From positions 160,001 through 224,000 of IMG/VR virus record IMGVR_UViG_3300046786_000304: DNA of 64,000 nucleotides. The stretch is one strand, 5' to 3'. Made by a program: the position numbers and the translations under genes. The stretch's first letter is position 1. Every line of letters starts with the position of its first letter. The DNA comes from a virus (taxonomy: Duplodnaviria > Caudoviricetes). Below are positions 30,198 through 39,208 of the stretch, one piece after another. The notes under the pieces are model-generated. The model saw only the letters and a program-made list of their open reading frames with translations, was not told where the DNA came from and ran no database searches.

Positions 30198-30473
30198 ATG
30201 CCACAGGTACACAGATTAACAGATCCAAATACAGCAGGAGCGCCTATAACACGTACGGCGCAAACTACTGTATTTGCTAATAATTTGTTAATCGGTGTAG
30301 ACGGAAGCGATGTCGAAGGCCACGGCCCCGGCAAACATGCTCATCCATTAACTGCCAATGGATCCACTGATGTTTTCATTGAAAATATACCAGTTAATCG
30401 ACGAGAAGATAAAGATACTTGCGGCCATCCCAGAGATACTGGTAGTCCGGATGTTTTTGTTAATGGTGGTTAA
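30198..30473 (+). CDS. PAAR-domain spike tip protein (gp5.4-like)
   Basis: VHRLTD, HGPGKH, VFIENIPVNRREDKDTCGH, GSPDVFVN. Confidence 0.85.
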   Translation: MPQVHRLTDPNTAGAPITRTAQTTVFANNLLIGVDGSDVEGHGPGKHAHPLTANGSTDVFIENIPVNRREDKDTCGHPRDTGSPDVFVNGG

Positions 30474-30492
30474 ATACTAGGTAAATACTAGT

Positions 30493-32739
30493 ATGGCAAC
30501 ATTACCACCAATTAACGCCGGCGCATTGAAAGTAACTTTCCCGGCAAACTTACCTAGAAACGAAAAAGATCTGATATGTATGATCTTGGCAGGGCGGCTC
30601 AAAGACTTGTGGAATGGCAAGTTAATTTGTGCTCAGTTAGCTTTAGATGATTTAATAAAAAGCGTAACCGGAGTATCTGGACTAGGTACACTACGTGATG
30701 CGTTAGTTAAAGTCAACACATCATTGGCCAATATGAAAGCTGCCAGCGGCTATGATAAAATCTTAGGCAAAGTTAATTCAGCACTAGGACAGGTTAGTCA
30801 AGTTTTTAGCCTAGGTGGTTTATGCCCAAGCCCTGTACAGGCGCCTCAGATTCCTGATGTGTTGGCAACACTAAATCAAAACTTGTTTGGCCAAGCCAAT
30901 GGTATTCTAAATGCTTTGGCCCAAGCAAGTAATCCTAAAGTTTGTCTAGGTGGCGGCCCAAAAGGTTTTAGTTTAGACTGGAGTCAAGTAAAAGGTGATT
31001 TGAAATTATTAAAAAGTTCAATTGACCAGTTTAAAAGAGATCCAGCAGGATTCAAGGGCGTGATGGATGCCTTTGAACAAAACTTAAAAAATCAAGCTAA
31101 AAGATTAAATTCTGAAATTACTAGATTAGAAAAAAATCTAACCGATCCTTTAGGAATCAATGATACAAAAAATACAGTTGGTGCTATTAAAAGAGTTAAA
31201 TCAGTAACTGATGATTATATTGTTAAAGATAGAAATGGTGTTGAATATAAGAACCCAACTAGGATGATGATACCCGGAGAAGTGGATTATGTTTTAAAAA
31301 GAACTGATCCAATCTATGTCACACCTATAAAATATGTTACTACACCGATATTAGATTATTGTGGCGTTGTAGTAGGCTATGAAAAGAAAATCGTAACCGG
31401 TGATCCGGAGTATACCGGATGGGACCCTAATAACACAGTAGTGAATACAAATACACCAACTGAAAATCCCGTGGCAACAACTGCGGAATATGATTATACA
31501 TTCATTGAAGAAAATGGCACAGTCAATGTGTACAATGACAAAAGTGATATAGTACAAACTATTGATCTAATTCGAGGAAAACATTATAGAATTGGATTAA
31601 AATTAATTACAGCCAAACTTAAAATTTATCAAGCAGATGCGTCTGTATGGTTTAAAGGAATAACATTAACCAGAGAACCAGATTATGGTAAAGGATTTGA
31701 AATTGTTGCCTGTGACGCTACTACAACTTTATTTGGTGTTGAATTTGACTGGGCGGTGAACATAGAAAATCCAACAACCCCGAATAACCTATGGGCGGCA
31801 TGGGGCGCGACCGCAGATAAACGTATAACTATTAACATATCTGGTATTACAGCAATACCTGAAGAAGATAAAACATATGATGTCTCTATGGCTACTAAAA
31901 AAGCATGGCTGCATTTATACAAAAAGAATGTAGCTATTCCTGGCGGTGGTTCTATAAGCCACGAAGCAACTTACGTGAAACGAAGATATAATGTAACTGC
32001 TAACATTGTATCTGCAGCCGGATCTTGGAACACTACATCGATATTAAAATATAACAGTGGATATACTGTAATTGATGATTTAGAGACAATTGATGGAAAT
32101 GGCGATACAATTGAAGGCAATAAAATTGCTAAATGGATCATCCCGTTAGCGTCAAATAGATATTTTATTATTAAAAAATACTTCAATGAAACTGCAGGAA
32201 TAAAAATTCATCAACTATCTTGTTATATAGCAGATACAGTAGACGTTAATCCAACATATTTTGAATCATTGGTTTCTTTAAAATACGATGAACCTATCGA
32301 AGTATTAAATGACATAAAGTTGCCTTATACTGATTTTAATGAATACAAATTAACGTTGTTCACTGATGGTAAATTAACAAACAATGACGAGTTTAAAATT
32401 GAAACAGCAACACAAAACTCTGACAGATATTTTGTTGTAAACTTAACTACAAACAGAGAAAGTAATGTAAGTAACTTGCCAGTAAATGAATTTGTATACA
32501 CTAGTTATATTAAATTTGATCCTACTGATTATACTAGAACCTTTATCGACTCGGATCCTAGAGAACAACGAACATATATGAATTTCAAAGGCAATAATGG
32601 ATATAAAGTCGAATGTACTATTAGTTACATCGACGACACTAGCGATAGTGCAGAAATAACAACACCAACGGATAATACTATAACCAGTTCTCCTTCGAGG
32701 AGTGCTAGTATAGGATATTCGATGGTATTCGGAGGATAA
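30493..32739 (+). CDS. Putative virion structural protein, 748 aa
   Basis: Follows PAAR; tandem TAAATACTAG late-like motifs; helical N-terminus, beta-rich C-terminus. Confidence 0.65.
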   Translation: MATLPPINAGALKVTFPANLPRNEKDLICMILAGRLKDLWNGKLICAQLALDDLIKSVTGVSGLGTLRDALVKVNTSLANMKAASGYDKILGKVNSALGQVSQVFSLGGLCPSPVQAPQIPDVLATLNQNLFGQANGILNALAQASNPKVCLGGGPKGFSLDWSQVKGDLKLLKSSIDQFKRDPAGFKGVMDAFEQNLKNQAKRLNSEITRLEKNLTDPLGINDTKNTVGAIKRVKSVTDDYIVKDRNGVEYKNPTRMMIPGEVDYVLKRTDPIYVTPIKYVTTPILDYCGVVVGYEKKIVTGDPEYTGWDPNNTVVNTNTPTENPVATTAEYDYTFIEENGTVNVYNDKSDIVQTIDLIRGKHYRIGLKLITAKLKIYQADASVWFKGITLTREPDYGKGFEIVACDATTTLFGVEFDWAVNIENPTTPNNLWAAWGATADKRITINISGITAIPEEDKTYDVSMATKKAWLHLYKKNVAIPGGGSISHEATYVKRRYNVTANIVSAAGSWNTTSILKYNSGYTVIDDLETIDGNGDTIEGNKIAKWIIPLASNRYFIIKKYFNETAGIKIHQLSCYIADTVDVNPTYFESLVSLKYDEPIEVLNDIKLPYTDFNEYKLTLFTDGKLTNNDEFKIETATQNSDRYFVVNLTTNRESNVSNLPVNEFVYTSYIKFDPTDYTRTFIDSDPREQRTYMNFKGNNGYKVECTISYIDDTSDSAEITTPTDNTITSSPSRSASIGYSMVFGG

Positions 32740-32740
32740 C

Positions 32741-33193
32741 ATGGCTCAGCCACCAAATCTAATTAACGCAACAGTAATAAACGGAAAAAGCGATGTACTA
32801 ACATTCAAAGGAGCCGATGAAACTAAACCTTTAATAATTAAAGAAAATTCAGTTAACTCGGGTAAAGTATATAAAATAAATTTATTAAAGCTAACAAAGA
32901 TGCCATTGCCTGCAGGATCATCTGCGCCTGGCGGGTATTTGGAATTTTATTTGGATGTTCCTGGTCTAACAGTTGCAACATTAAAATCTAACGAAAAACT
33001 TATTTGGAAGAAAAAATACGCAGAGATTGATTCCACCAATCTTAGAGCCGGTGTAGATTTTATAATATCACGCGAAAGTGTCGTATATTTACAAGAAGGC
33101 CAAACACTTTACTTACTAAAGAATGGTTTAAATCCATCTGGCACTACTCCAATACATTTTTCAATTACAGTTGCCTACGAAGAAATCAGTTAA
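32741..33193 (+). CDS. Putative virion/fibre-associated protein
   Basis: Beta-rich; C-terminal SITVAYEEIS. Confidence 0.55.
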   Translation: MAQPPNLINATVINGKSDVLTFKGADETKPLIIKENSVNSGKVYKINLLKLTKMPLPAGSSAPGGYLEFYLDVPGLTVATLKSNEKLIWKKKYAEIDSTNLRAGVDFIISRESVVYLQEGQTLYLLKNGLNPSGTTPIHFSITVAYEEIS

Positions 33194-33258
33194 TTGGTAA
33201 ACTGATATTTGACATTAAATGAGTTTTCCTTTATACTAGCAAAGTAAAGGAAAATCTT

Positions 33259-33729
33259 ATGCTAAAATCAATAGCCAAATTCCTTACCAAAATTGGTAGG
33301 CAACGAATCATTTTAGACAGGGAAAGTAACGAACCTTATTTGGAACGCTACTATGTATTTCTCAAAGACCGTACTTGGTTTCCATTTAATATCTTCTTAC
33401 ACAAGTTTTTAAAATCAGATCCAGACGATGTTCATGATCATCCTTGGCCCTATGCTACATTAATTCTCAAAGGTGGTTATTATGAATGGACACCTGTGTT
33501 TGACACAGTGGGTAGAAAAATTGGAGAAGTAAGTTCCTGGAAAGGCCCTGGTAGTTTCAGGATGTGCGGTGCTAACAGTTATCACAGAATTGAACTAGAT
33601 CCAAATGTAGAATGTTGGACAATGTTTATACCCGGTCCCCAACGACGTGAATGGGGTTTCTTAGTTAATAACAAATGGATACACAATGACGAATACATTA
33701 AACAACGAACTGCTGGTAAATCTGCCTAA
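33259..33729 (+). CDS. Cupin-like protein
   Basis: HDHPW...HRIEL...WTMFIPGPQRREWGF. Confidence 0.75.
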   Translation: MLKSIAKFLTKIGRQRIILDRESNEPYLERYYVFLKDRTWFPFNIFLHKFLKSDPDDVHDHPWPYATLILKGGYYEWTPVFDTVGRKIGEVSSWKGPGSFRMCGANSYHRIELDPNVECWTMFIPGPQRREWGFLVNNKWIHNDEYIKQRTAGKSA

Positions 33730-34000
33730 TCTTGATGAAGAACAATTAACCCAATTCCGGAATTGGTTAATCGGAATACTAAAAGTCGGCCCGGCTGTGA
33801 TTACATTTAATAAGAAAGATGGGTCAGAGCGAGTAATGACTTGTAGCTTACAACCAGAACTACTGCCGCCTGCTCCTATTAAAGAATCGACTACTACTAA
33901 GAAAGAAAATACTAGCACCATCAGTGTATATGATTTAAACGCACAAGGATGGCGCAGTTTTATTGTTAAAAATGTAACTAATGTTACACTTGAATTATGA
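33686..34000 (+). CDS. WYL/SH3-like phage protein
   Basis: ITFNKKDGSERVMTCSL...VYDLNAQGWRSF. Confidence 0.7.
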   Translation: MTNTLNNELLVNLPNLDEEQLTQFRNWLIGILKVGPAVITFNKKDGSERVMTCSLQPELLPPAPIKESTTTKKENTSTISVYDLNAQGWRSFIVKNVTNVTLEL

Positions 34001-34449
34001 AAAGATATTATTTTGCCTACGGCATGAACACTAACATTGATGAAATGACACAGCGATGTCCTGGTGCTATTAATCTCGGTCGTTGTATATTAAAAGGCTT
34101 TGAATTAAAGTTTAGACTTCATGCCGACATCGATCAAGTTGAAGGCAGTGAAATGGAAGGTGTTCTTTGGGATATTACCGAAGACTGCGAACGTGCTTTA
34201 GATCGTTTAGAAGGCTATCCTTATTACTATAACAAAATTGAAGTTTTTGTAAAACCAAACAAACTAGTTAATAATAATTCACATATCGTTGCCATGGCTT
34301 ATACTATGACTAGTAAAGGCCAAGAAGAAGCACCTAGCGTTGGTTACGAACAATGTCTAATCGAAGGCTATACTGCAAATGGTTTAGATATTGAAAAGTT
34401 AACAAATAAAATCGATGACCTTATAATGAATCAACCTGGATATGTATAA
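33997..34449 (+). CDS. Gamma-glutamylcyclotransferase (AIG2-like)
   Basis: YFAYGMN, GVLW, LDRLEGYP. Confidence 0.85.
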   Translation: MKRYYFAYGMNTNIDEMTQRCPGAINLGRCILKGFELKFRLHADIDQVEGSEMEGVLWDITEDCERALDRLEGYPYYYNKIEVFVKPNKLVNNNSHIVAMAYTMTSKGQEEAPSVGYEQCLIEGYTANGLDIEKLTNKIDDLIMNQPGYV

Positions 34450-34747
34450 AAAAGATAGCGTCACTAAATTCTTAATGGATTATAAGATTACCATTACTGG
34501 ATCTAAGATACAAAAGCGTTATGATCTCAAAAATTATGTAATTGATTACAGTGACTTTATGGATAATTACATAGACAATAGAGTTCAGGTAAAAGAAGTC
34601 GAATTGCTTACAGCAGAGATTCCCGACGACGCACTTACGGCAATAGCAGATACATTATGCGAGTTCAACGACTTGATGCGTGATCCAGAAACAGCAAAAT
34701 TGTTAATGGAAGCAAGATTCATAAATAGATTAAAAGGCGGTAGATAA
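34442..34747 (+). CDS. Hypothetical protein
   Basis: Coupled ORF. Confidence 0.7.
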   Translation: MYKKDSVTKFLMDYKITITGSKIQKRYDLKNYVIDYSDFMDNYIDNRVQVKEVELLTAEIPDDALTAIADTLCEFNDLMRDPETAKLLMEARFINRLKGGR

Positions 34748-34748
34748 A

Positions 34749-35585
34749 ATGGCACAACATACACATTATTGGAGTTGCAGTCCTTTTGCGGATTGGATTC
34801 GAGGCACACCTAAGGGCGGCGCCAAAACAGCTGATGGATGGGACGATTGGGAAAACGAAGCAAAACGCTATCACCCAGTTCGTTACTGGATAGCCGAAGA
34901 AGGCCTTAGTTATCTACAAGATTTTGTAACATGGCCTATTAGAAAAGTATATGACATCAAATATTATATTAACAATCGTTGGGTCACTCGTACTCATAGC
35001 CTTACTGCACATAGTCGAGACATTAAACCTGGAAGTTGGTGCGACGTTGGTAATCGTTTTTTACCTTGTCTCTTCAATGAGCTTGTTGATTTTGTCGAGA
35101 TAGAAACAGCATGGAGTCATATTGCTTGGAGCGAAGAAGCACGTAAGAAATACAAATCTCCATTCTGGGCCAGTGGTTGGTTCCGCTGGCGTACATGGCG
35201 TTGCCCTGAAGCTGGCTTAGAAAATCTTACTTGGCAAAGTAATTTGACTCACAGTGAAGAGTGGGTTGATAAAGAAGCCAAGTATTACGGTAAACCAACA
35301 CCGCAGGCTATTAAAGCCAAAGAAATTTTAGATCTTTATAAATGGTGGAAGGAAGTTTATCCAAATCGTCCAGATCCATATGATGCCAGTGGTTGGACTG
35401 CGTACTGCGATGCTAAACGTGACTTAAATGATGGTAAGCTATTTGGTGGCAAAGATACTGCCGAATTAAAAAAACAAAGTAATAAAGCATCTAATCTTCT
35501 TCGTAAAATCGAAGCGCAGTATGAAAAAGAAGATGAACAAATGATGATTCGTTTAATTAAAGTTAGACACGGTCTGTGGACTTAA
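34749..35585 (+). CDS. Trp-rich conserved phage hypothetical protein
   Basis: 278 aa ORF in operon. Confidence 0.75.
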   Translation: MAQHTHYWSCSPFADWIRGTPKGGAKTADGWDDWENEAKRYHPVRYWIAEEGLSYLQDFVTWPIRKVYDIKYYINNRWVTRTHSLTAHSRDIKPGSWCDVGNRFLPCLFNELVDFVEIETAWSHIAWSEEARKKYKSPFWASGWFRWRTWRCPEAGLENLTWQSNLTHSEEWVDKEAKYYGKPTPQAIKAKEILDLYKWWKEVYPNRPDPYDASGWTAYCDAKRDLNDGKLFGGKDTAELKKQSNKASNLLRKIEAQYEKEDEQMMIRLIKVRHGLWT

Positions 35586-35609
35586 AGAGTATGTCACTAA
35601 ATATCAGAC

Positions 35610-37142
35610 ATGAAACCACATTGCATAATTTTATACGGTAATAACACACATCCAGGCAGCAAGTATGCCGGCGCATTTAGAATAGCATCCGAACTTAGAA
35701 AAAATGGCTACGATGTCAATTGTATTGACATGACTGCTTTTAATGGATTTGATATAGCACTGAGATTTCTATTAGCAAAACTAATAACAGAAAAAACTTT
35801 ATGGGTGGGATTCAGTACGACATTCCTTCCTGATATTTTTGGCTTTCCAATGTTGAAGCAATATGAATCATATAAGAGACGTTGGGAAGGTAAAGATATA
35901 GACAAAGGTATTGTTTATTTTAAACAATTTGTACACAACATTAATCCGAATACAAAATTAATAGCAGGCGGCGCCCGTTATTTTCCTCTTGAGTCGCATG
36001 GCTTTCACATTTTTAAATCTTACAGTGATGAAAGTATCATTGATTATACCAAGTGGTGTGAGGGAAAAGTAGACAGCGACAAGTTTGATAATCCTGTAGT
36101 TCAAGGCGTTGAATACAAGGATTTTACAAACAGTCAGATCTGTTATAACGAAAGTGACATCATTTTTAGTGATGAAACTTTACCCATTGAAGTTAGTCGA
36201 GGCTGTATTTTTAAATGTAAGTTTTGTACATATAATCTTAAAGGTAAGAAAAAAGGCGACTGGGTCAAGCATAGCGCGGTATTAAAAGATGAATTAACTC
36301 GTAACTACGAAATGTTTGGCGTCACTGATTATGTATTTGCTGATGACACTTATAATGATAGTATAGATAAAATTAAATCATTGCACGATGAGGTGTTTTC
36401 TAAATTGCCATTTAAAATGGAGTTTACAACTTATCTGCGCTTAGACTTAATGATGCGCTATCCGGAAAGTGCGGCCATACTCAGGGATAGTGGCATTAAG
36501 GTAGCAATGTTTGGTATCGAAACATTGAATCCATTAAGTGCTAAAGCAATTGGTAAAGGTGTTAATCCCGCAGAACAATTTGATTATCTGCGCCAGATTA
36601 AACAAAACGAATTTAAAGATGTAATTGCACACAGTGGAATGATTGCCGGTTTGCCCTATGACACCGAAGAGTCATTGCTAGAGATGGAAGAATTTTTATT
36701 GTCAGATAAAAATTACTTGGATTACTTTTTAGTTAATGCTTTAGGTATACACCCAATTAATACAAATCAGCAAGTTGTCGAACACAGTGAATTCGATGCC
36801 GAGTATGAAAAATACGGTTATGAAATGATCATTGACTATAACGCAGATTTTAATAATGAAATGAAGTGGCGCAACAAGAACACTGGTTTAACTAAAGATT
36901 GGTGTGCTACTTTTTCTAGTCGCGTAAACAATCGAGTACATAATAGTGGTAAATTTAAATATGGTGCGTTTTTGTACGCACAATATAAATCGTTGGGTGT
37001 ACCTGGTGAAGAATTAAGAACGTTATCAACAGTTGATATTTCTAAAAAGTATAATCTACATGAATTGGGTAAAAAGCGTATAAAAGAATATAGATCTAGA
37101 CTATTGACATATCATGGAATTCCTGTTATAAATAATAGATAA
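35610..37142 (+). CDS. Radical SAM enzyme with B12-binding-like N-terminal domain
   Basis: EVSRGCIFKCKFC (CxxxCxxC), FADDT, FGIET; CTAAATA at 35597. Confidence 0.85.
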   Translation: MKPHCIILYGNNTHPGSKYAGAFRIASELRKNGYDVNCIDMTAFNGFDIALRFLLAKLITEKTLWVGFSTTFLPDIFGFPMLKQYESYKRRWEGKDIDKGIVYFKQFVHNINPNTKLIAGGARYFPLESHGFHIFKSYSDESIIDYTKWCEGKVDSDKFDNPVVQGVEYKDFTNSQICYNESDIIFSDETLPIEVSRGCIFKCKFCTYNLKGKKKGDWVKHSAVLKDELTRNYEMFGVTDYVFADDTYNDSIDKIKSLHDEVFSKLPFKMEFTTYLRLDLMMRYPESAAILRDSGIKVAMFGIETLNPLSAKAIGKGVNPAEQFDYLRQIKQNEFKDVIAHSGMIAGLPYDTEESLLEMEEFLLSDKNYLDYFLVNALGIHPINTNQQVVEHSEFDAEYEKYGYEMIIDYNADFNNEMKWRNKNTGLTKDWCATFSSRVNNRVHNSGKFKYGAFLYAQYKSLGVPGEELRTLSTVDISKKYNLHELGKKRIKEYRSRLLTYHGIPVINNR

Positions 37143-37157
37143 TGAAAGGCTAATTAT

Positions 37158-37463
37158 ATGAAGAAATTATTCATAAGTTTATTATTAGTTAGTGCAACTA
37201 TACCGGCGTTTGCTCAACATCGACATGGCCACGGACATGGATATTGGCACAGAGCCCATGGCGGCGGTTGGAACTGGGTTGTACCTGCTATTATTGGCGG
37301 AGCAGTAGTATATGGTGCTACACGACCTGATCCAGTTATTGTACAACAACCAGTTATTGTACAACCTCCTGTACAATTACCACAAGTACAGAATTGCAGT
37401 CCATGGACAGAAACACAAAATCCAGATGGCACAATTACAAGAACTCGCACTTGCACTCAGTGA
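37158..37463 (+). CDS. Secreted/membrane His-Gly-rich small protein
   Basis: Signal peptide, HRHGHGHG, hydrophobic GAVVYG, QQP repeats, terminal Cys pair. Confidence 0.7.
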   Translation: MKKLFISLLLVSATIPAFAQHRHGHGHGYWHRAHGGGWNWVVPAIIGGAVVYGATRPDPVIVQQPVIVQPPVQLPQVQNCSPWTETQNPDGTITRTRTCTQ

Positions 37464-37600
37464 TCCTTTATTAGCATTGCTAATAATTGTATTACATCTC
37501 TATTGGATCTACAAACTTGCAACCTATAACTGGGATAACTTTGATGAAGATAGTAAAAACGATGATTTCCTAAAGCCCTACGACAAGTGATAAATATTCG

Positions 37601-38407
37601 ATGCGAGCCAGCGAATTTATACAAGGACATATTAGTAAAGTAGTTAAAGAAGAACGTAAATTTTCTGACTACGAACTTGCCGTCATGGAAGGTGGCAACA
37701 GTTTAGAAGAAATCAATTACGTATCTGCGCTACGCGAAGCCATTCAAGATGTAGATATAGAAGAAGGTTGGAAAGATTGGGTAGCTGGTGCAACAATGGG
37801 CGCGGCAGCATTAGGTGCTCAAGCATTACCACAAAAAGCTCAACAGCAAAAACCAGCAATAACACAACAGGCACCTGCTAGTGCCGAGTATGCTACTAAA
37901 CTTATATTAAAGCCAGAAGCAAAGATACTAATACAAACAGCTCGTGCCGCTGGTATGCGTGGCAAAGAACTAGCACAGTTTGTAGCACAATGCGCTCACG
38001 AAACTGCTAATTTCTCTAGCTTAAAAGAACTAGGTGGTAAATTAGATTTTAAAAAATATGATCCTAAACATAATCCACGCAAAGCAAAAATGTTAGGCAA
38101 CAAACAAGTAGGCGACGGTGCTAAGTATCATGGCAGAGGTTACATACAACTTACTGGCAGGGATAATTACAAACGTGCTGGTCAGGCACTGGGTTTACCA
38201 CTAGAAGCACAACCAGAACTAGTTGAACGTCCAGAAGTTGCTGCCAAGGTAGCAGTATGGTTTTGGCAAAATCAAGTAGCACCAAAAGTTAGTAATTTTA
38301 ATGACACAGCACAAGTAACTAAGCCAATTAATTCTGGATTAAAAGGTTTAGATGACAGACATAACAAGTATGCTAGTATCATGGCATTAATGGGATCAAA
38401 TTCATAA
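37601..38407 (+). CDS. Glycoside hydrolase family 19 lysin with N-terminal extension
   Basis: AQCAHET, YHGRGYIQLTGRDNY, INSGLKGLDDR. Confidence 0.88.
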   Translation: MRASEFIQGHISKVVKEERKFSDYELAVMEGGNSLEEINYVSALREAIQDVDIEEGWKDWVAGATMGAAALGAQALPQKAQQQKPAITQQAPASAEYATKLILKPEAKILIQTARAAGMRGKELAQFVAQCAHETANFSSLKELGGKLDFKKYDPKHNPRKAKMLGNKQVGDGAKYHGRGYIQLTGRDNYKRAGQALGLPLEAQPELVERPEVAAKVAVWFWQNQVAPKVSNFNDTAQVTKPINSGLKGLDDRHNKYASIMALMGSNS

Positions 38408-38410
38408 GTC

Positions 38411-38439
38411 TTGACAAATAATCACGATAAGTATATAAT
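38411..38439 (+). promoter_or_regulatory. Sigma70-type promoter for the tmRNA
   Basis: TTGACA 38411-38416, 17 bp, TATAAT 38434-38439. Confidence 0.9.
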
Positions 38440-38445
38440 ATAGTT

Positions 38446-38757
38446 TAAGACTGTATGAAGTAGATTGAAAAGGATTCAAGACGCGGGGGCAGTGCCCGCC
38501 AGGTCCACCAAAAGCACATACTCCTCAATCTGGACCGCGATGCCGAAAGGTGCGATGGACAATGTGTGCTTTTGATGGGCCTGACACAGGATCGATTGGG
38601 TCAAGAGTAATGAAATGGACAGTCCGGCAATGTAGAAGCCGTTAGGGTTGGGGGTTCCTGGCCGAAGAAGCAAAAAAGTAAACGCAAACGACTCACAGTT
38701 CGCATTGGCAGCCTAAACGCAGCCTAGGGTAAGACATACCTCGTAACAGAAACTCAG
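38446..38757 (+). ncRNA. ssrA: tmRNA, circularly permuted two-piece form; tag ANDSQFALAA
   Basis: T-arm and CAGGTCC-A-CCA (ends 38510) precede the 5' acceptor strand GGGCCTG (38577); G3-U70 wobble present; hairpin intervening segment 38511-38576; helix-2 pairings GATTCAA/TTGGGTC and GACTGT/ACAGTC; tag frame 38684-38716. Confidence 0.9.
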
Positions 38758-38784
38758 AACCCGCTTCGGCGGGTTTTCTTTTGG
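38758..38784 (+). terminator. Intrinsic terminator
   Basis: AACCCGC-TTCG-GCGGGTT plus T run. Confidence 0.9.
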
Positions 38785-38796
38785 ATAAATTAATTG

Positions 38797-38825
38797 TTGA
38801 CCTTATACCAACAATCTTGTATAAT
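38797..38825 (+). promoter_or_regulatory. Sigma70-type promoter for the tRNA
   Basis: TTGACC 38797-38802, 17 bp, TATAAT 38820-38825. Confidence 0.8.
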
Positions 38826-38834
38826 AACTACATT

Positions 38835-38909
38835 GCGCTAGAAGCTGAATGGCATAGCAAGAGCCTCTAAAACTCATGAGTGCGGGTTCGAGTCCCGTCT
38901 AGCGCACCA
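38835..38909 (+). tRNA. Amber suppressor tRNA, anticodon CUA (amino acid undetermined)
   Basis: 75 nt cloverleaf: GCGCTAG/CTAGCGC acceptor, A73, encoded CCA, D stem GCTG/TAGC, T arm GCGGG-TTCGAGT-CCCGT; standard numbering gives loop C32-U33-CUA-A37-A38; anticodon stem has only 3 WC pairs. Confidence 0.8.
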
Positions 38910-39043
38910 GAGCAGCGGTGTATTTTCTAAGTTAACTCCAGTATGAGTTGCCAGGTAAGCTAGATAAATCCTGGGGCGGGCAATAGTATCAAAATTAAAC
39001 TCAGATGACAGCCGGGAATAGACCGGCACTTACTAAATATAAT

Positions 39044-39208
39044 ATGAAAAGTATATATCATGGCAAAGCAGGGGCGAATAGCAAACTGCGAGGTAAGAAA
39101 ACACAGATCTTATCCTGCCGTTGTTGTATGCTGTTCAACCCTAAATGGGAAGAACGAATGAAAGAAGCCAAAATTGAAATAAGGAGAAAACAAAATGGCA
39201 TAGATTGA
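39044..39208 (+). CDS. Small basic protein with CRCC motif
   Basis: ATG 39044 just after CTAAATA late-like motif; overlaps next start. Confidence 0.55.
   Translation: MKSIYHGKAGANSKLRGKKTQILSCRCCMLFNPKWEERMKEAKIEIRRKQNGID

Noticed and set aside
37312-37590. 92 aa ORF overlapping 37158-37463
   Set aside because: Most of it overlaps a better gene; the hydrophobic 3' part may be a real small gene but has no in-frame start near 37460
38511-38576. Intron in a one-piece tmRNA
   Set aside because: The order is 3' half then 5' half, so the segment is a permutation linker, and it is too short for a self-splicing intron
38835-38909. Reading the tRNA as Arg(TCT)
   Set aside because: That register puts C at position 33 and leaves no anticodon stem; the CUA register keeps U33, purine 37, three WC pairs and a 5 nt variable loop
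38910-39030. Theta (HDV-like) ribozyme 3' of the suppressor tRNA
   Set aside because: No complement for a P1 helix starting at the tRNA 3' end and no recognisable L3/P1.1 or J4/2 pattern by eye
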